From positions 2,910,001 through 2,942,000 of the forward strand of contig NC_002937.3 of the NCBI RefSeq assembly GCF_000195755.1: DNA of 32,000 nt. The letters run 5' to 3'. The stretch's first letter is position 1. Each line of letters starts with the position of its first letter. Source of the stretch: Nitratidesulfovibrio vulgaris str. Hildenborough. GTDB lineage: Bacteria > Desulfobacterota > Desulfovibrionia > Desulfovibrionales > Desulfovibrionaceae. Shown here one piece after another: positions 29,843 through 32,000 of this stretch. The notes under the pieces were generated by a model, which saw only the letters and a list, made by a program, of their open reading frames with translations, ran no database searches and was not told where the DNA came from. Made by a program: the position numbers and the translations under genes.

Positions 29843-30170
29843 CGCATGTGAAGCACCCCTTGTCTGCTCCGGCACGTATCTTCTCGGCACCGGAAAGAAT
29901 GCACAGGGCAGTGCCCACGGCGATGGCCGCGTTGTCTTTCCATGCGTGGAGGTCTGCCTCTGGATTACGCAGCCGCCCACACAGCAGCGGCAGTGCCAGT
30001 TCCAGGATGTCCTCTGCGGGATAGGGTCCATCCGCTGCCAACTCCCCCACTTGGAACAGGTGGGCATACGCAAGCGAGGCCGCGAAATCGCCCAGACCAA
30101 GAGCAGGATGCGCGAGAAGGATGCTGGCCAAGGTCACGGCTTCTTGGGCTGAAGGAGTGTACGAGTGCAT
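29832..30170 (-). CDS. Hypothetical protein downstream of the cro-like gene
   Basis: The ATG at 30170 (MHSYTPSAQEAVTL...) is preceded by GGGGG. The track lists a TTG one codon upstream. There is no domain call. Confidence 0.4.
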   Translation of the reverse strand: MHSYTPSAQEAVTLASILLAHPALGLGDFAASLAYAHLFQVGELAADGPYPAEDILELALPLLCGRLRNPEADLHAWKDNAAIAVGTALCILSGAEKIRAGADKGCFTCATR

Positions 30171-30239
30171 CAAAGCCCCCTGAGGCTAGACGTTGTGCTG
30201 CACATGGCGACGCTCGAGAACAACAGAACAGCGCCGCTG

Positions 30240-30512
30240 CTATTCCGGCTGCGATTGCTGCACGCGGGGCTTGGGCCCTGTCTTGAGGTCGCAAGGCGTA
30301 GGAAGAAGCTCGACAGGCACACCAAGGCCCAGCAACGCCGCATGACGCCGCGTTGGCATGGTCGACTGATGGCACAGCTTGGAAACGGCATTGGGGGTTA
30401 CATCAAGCTCACGCGCCAGCGCAGTGAAGGTAATCCCCTTGCGCTGCATCCAGATTCGAAGACGCTCTTGTCGTGAAAGATGAGTTAGGTTAGTTGGAAT
30501 AGACGATTGCAT
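30240..30512 (-). CDS. Small HTH DNA-binding protein (Cro/Ner-like, putative)
   Basis: The ATG at 30512 is preceded by CAGGAGG. The 90-aa product is MQSSIPTNLTHLSRQERLRIWMQRKGITFTALARELDVTPNAVSKLCHQ.... The track ORF to 30944 is an over-extension antisense to the cI-like gene. Confidence 0.6.
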   Translation of the reverse strand: MQSSIPTNLTHLSRQERLRIWMQRKGITFTALARELDVTPNAVSKLCHQSTMPTRRHAALLGLGVPVELLPTPCDLKTGPKPRVQQSQPE

Positions 30513-30545
30513 GATTGCGGCCTCCTGATTCGTTGCTGACAGGCT

Positions 30546-31055
30546 ATGTCGCCGTTTGTTTGCTACGTATCGTGCGTTAAGTTCGTCTATAAAGCAAGAA
30601 AGCGTCATTTGGCAACAAGGAAACGTCACTTGAATCAAACTTTCGACACCGTCGTTTTCACTGCGCGCCTGAAATCTCTTGAGAGTGCGCTCGGAAGCAC
30701 ACGCAAAGTGATTGCCGAACGACTGGATATCCGCCCGCAAACATTGAAGAGTTATATTGACGGTGCGGCTCTTCCTAACGCCAAGGTTCTTGCTTCGATC
30801 ATCAGTGAATTTTCCGTGAACCCCTACTGGCTCCTGCTCGGCTCTGGCGAAATGTTCGCTAACGAGACCGCTAGAGCTGTGAGCACCGAGCAAGACCCGG
30901 TGTTGAGACGCCTCGAAGGTGTCGAAACCATGCTTGTTCGTCACGGCGCATCACCAGAGGAAATTCGCGACGCCCTACGCATGGCGCTCCGCACATTGAC
31001 TGCCGCCGGTGCCGATGATGAGGTGTCAGAAAAGCCCGAAGCCGCAGTCAGTTAA
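30546..31055 (+). CDS. Phage CI-repressor-type HTH protein
   Basis: RLKSLESALGSTRKVIAERLDIRPQTLKSYIDGAALPNAKVLASIISEFSVNPYWLLLGSGEMF matches the Phage_CI_repr HTH pattern. The real start may be TTG at 30630 (AAGGAA ribosome-binding site) rather than ATG at 30546. Confidence 0.7.
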   Translation: MSPFVCYVSCVKFVYKARKRHLATRKRHLNQTFDTVVFTARLKSLESALGSTRKVIAERLDIRPQTLKSYIDGAALPNAKVLASIISEFSVNPYWLLLGSGEMFANETARAVSTEQDPVLRRLEGVETMLVRHGASPEEIRDALRMALRTLTAAGADDEVSEKPEAAVS

Positions 31056-31090
31056 ACGTCGATTGCGAATCCTTCGGGGCGGTGGAAAGA

Positions 31091-31121
31091 AAGTGCCCCC
31101 TGTCCGGGGGCATTTGTTTTT
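31091..31121 (+). terminator. Rho-independent terminator (TGCCCCC-TGTCC-GGGGGCA followed by TTTGTTTTT)
   Basis: Read directly, about 35 nt after the cI-like stop. Confidence 0.8.
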
Positions 31122-31167
31122 GGTCAGGAAGAAGTGAACACTCGCCATTAGAACAGGGAGAAAGAAT

Positions 31168-32000
31168 ATGGACTTTCGCGAGCGCATCTACACCTTGGCG
31201 GCCCGGATCGCAGAACTGCGCGCCCACACCATCACGGAAGAGGCAACCAAGAACGCCCTTATTCTCCCCTTCCTGCAAGCCCTTGGCTATGACACCTTCG
31301 ACCCGCGCGTGGTCATCCCCGAGTTCACCGCAGATGTGGGAACGAAGAAGGGTGAGCGAGTGGACTACGCCGTCATCCGCGACGGTCAGCCGGTCATGCT
31401 GATAGAAGCCAAGTGCTGCGGTGCTCCGCTCGACGCTGGCAAAGCAAGCCAACTGCTCCGATACTTCCACACGACACATAGTGCTCGCATCGGCATCCTC
31501 ACCGACGGCGTCGTGTACCAGTTCTTCTCAGACCTCGACCAGCCCAACGTCATGGACCAGAAGCCGTTCATGACCTTCGACTTCGCCGCCATCGAGGACG
31601 CCCTCATCCCTGAGCTGAAGAAGCTAGCCAACGATCGCTTCGACATCGAGGCGACCCTCTCCGCCGCGCAAGATTTGAAGCACATCCGCCAGTTGAAGAA
31701 GAAGGTCGCGGACGAATTCGCGACCCCTTCCGACGACCTCGTCCGTTACTTCGCCAAGGATGTGCACCACGGACAGTTCAGGGCCAACGTCGTTGAAGAC
31801 TATCGTGAGAAGCTCAAGCTCGCCTTCCAGCACCACATCAACGACATCATCAATGAACGGCTCCAGACCGCAATGCAGGGCAACGCTTACCCCGAACCCT
31901 TCGAGAAGCCGGAAGAAGAACAGGCCAAGCCCGTGGAGAAGGTCGTAGAGACGACTCAGGAAGAATGGGAAGCCTTCTACGCCATCAAGTCCATCCTGCG
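31168..32000 (+). CDS. PD-(D/E)xK nuclease-fold protein with type I restriction HsdR-N-terminal-like domain (3' end outside the window; not in the supplied ORF track)
   Basis: The ATG at 31168 follows GGGAGAAAG. I translated the frame by hand and it stays open to base 32000 (277 codons). The N-terminus is ...TEEATKNALILPFLQALGYD...ERVDYAVIRDGQPVMLIEAKCCG... (D...ExK). Confidence 0.65.
   Translation, partial: MDFRERIYTLAARIAELRAHTITEEATKNALILPFLQALGYDTFDPRVVIPEFTADVGTKKGERVDYAVIRDGQPVMLIEAKCCGAPLDAGKASQLLRYFHTTHSARIGILTDGVVYQFFSDLDQPNVMDQKPFMTFDFAAIEDALIPELKKLANDRFDIEATLSAAQDLKHIRQLKKKVADEFATPSDDLVRYFAKDVHHGQFRANVVEDYREKLKLAFQHHINDIINERLQTAMQGNAYPEPFEKPEEEQAKPVEKVVETTQEEWEAFYAIKSIL

Larger units (their letters stand above)
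26186..32000. mobile_element. Integrated element / prophage-like island (one end only; continues past the window)
   Basis: It has a tRNA-fragment boundary, an adjacent tyrosine integrase, an excisionase-like gene, phage-type regulators (CII-like, cro-like, cI-like) and visibly AT-richer stretches (for example 29360-29520 and 30480-30660) than the flanking core genes. Confidence 0.75.

Overview
This is a high-GC chromosomal segment of Desulfovibrio type. That assignment is an inference from the tetraheme cytochrome c3, the periplasmic selenocysteine formate dehydrogenase and the overall composition. I read five blocks.

(1) 2-2162, + strand: the tail of a COG0523/CobW-type GTPase, then exbB, exbD and a tonB-like gene. 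All four are linked by overlapping stop and start codons.

(2) 2373-7592, - strand: the operon fdhA(Sec)-fdhB-fdhE-like-cytochrome c3. The ORF track splits fdhA at an in-frame TGA (7026-7028). I read that TGA as selenocysteine.

(3) 8385-15556: an RND efflux operon on the - strand (adaptor, AcrB-like pump, NodT-type outer membrane factor). A divergent TetR gene and a 21-bp near-perfect palindrome lie in the shared control region.

(4) 15744-25814: a module that appears to be sigma-54 controlled.
- An atypical amidohydrolase-fold gene (-) is divergent from the + strand genes dctP, fused dctQM, glycyl radical enzyme (GRE) and GRE activase.
- After a strong terminator comes a PAS/AAA+/Fis sigma-54 activator gene.
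- I found GG-N10-GC promoter candidates in front of both divergent units.
- The GRE has the single-Cys GCxE loop of the eliminase class, not the Cys-Cys of pyruvate formate-lyase. It best fits the isethionate sulfite-lyase (IseG/IslA) type system.

(5) From 26186 to the window end: an integrated element.
- Its boundary is a tRNA 3' fragment abutting a long hairpin, followed by a tyrosine integrase and an excisionase-like gene.
- It then carries CII-like, cro-like and cI-like regulators.
- A PD-(D/E)xK / HsdR-N-like ORF runs off the window end and is absent from the ORF track.

I saw no rRNA, CRISPR array or IS transposase. Many long ORFs in the track are antisense or alternate-frame artefacts of the high GC content.
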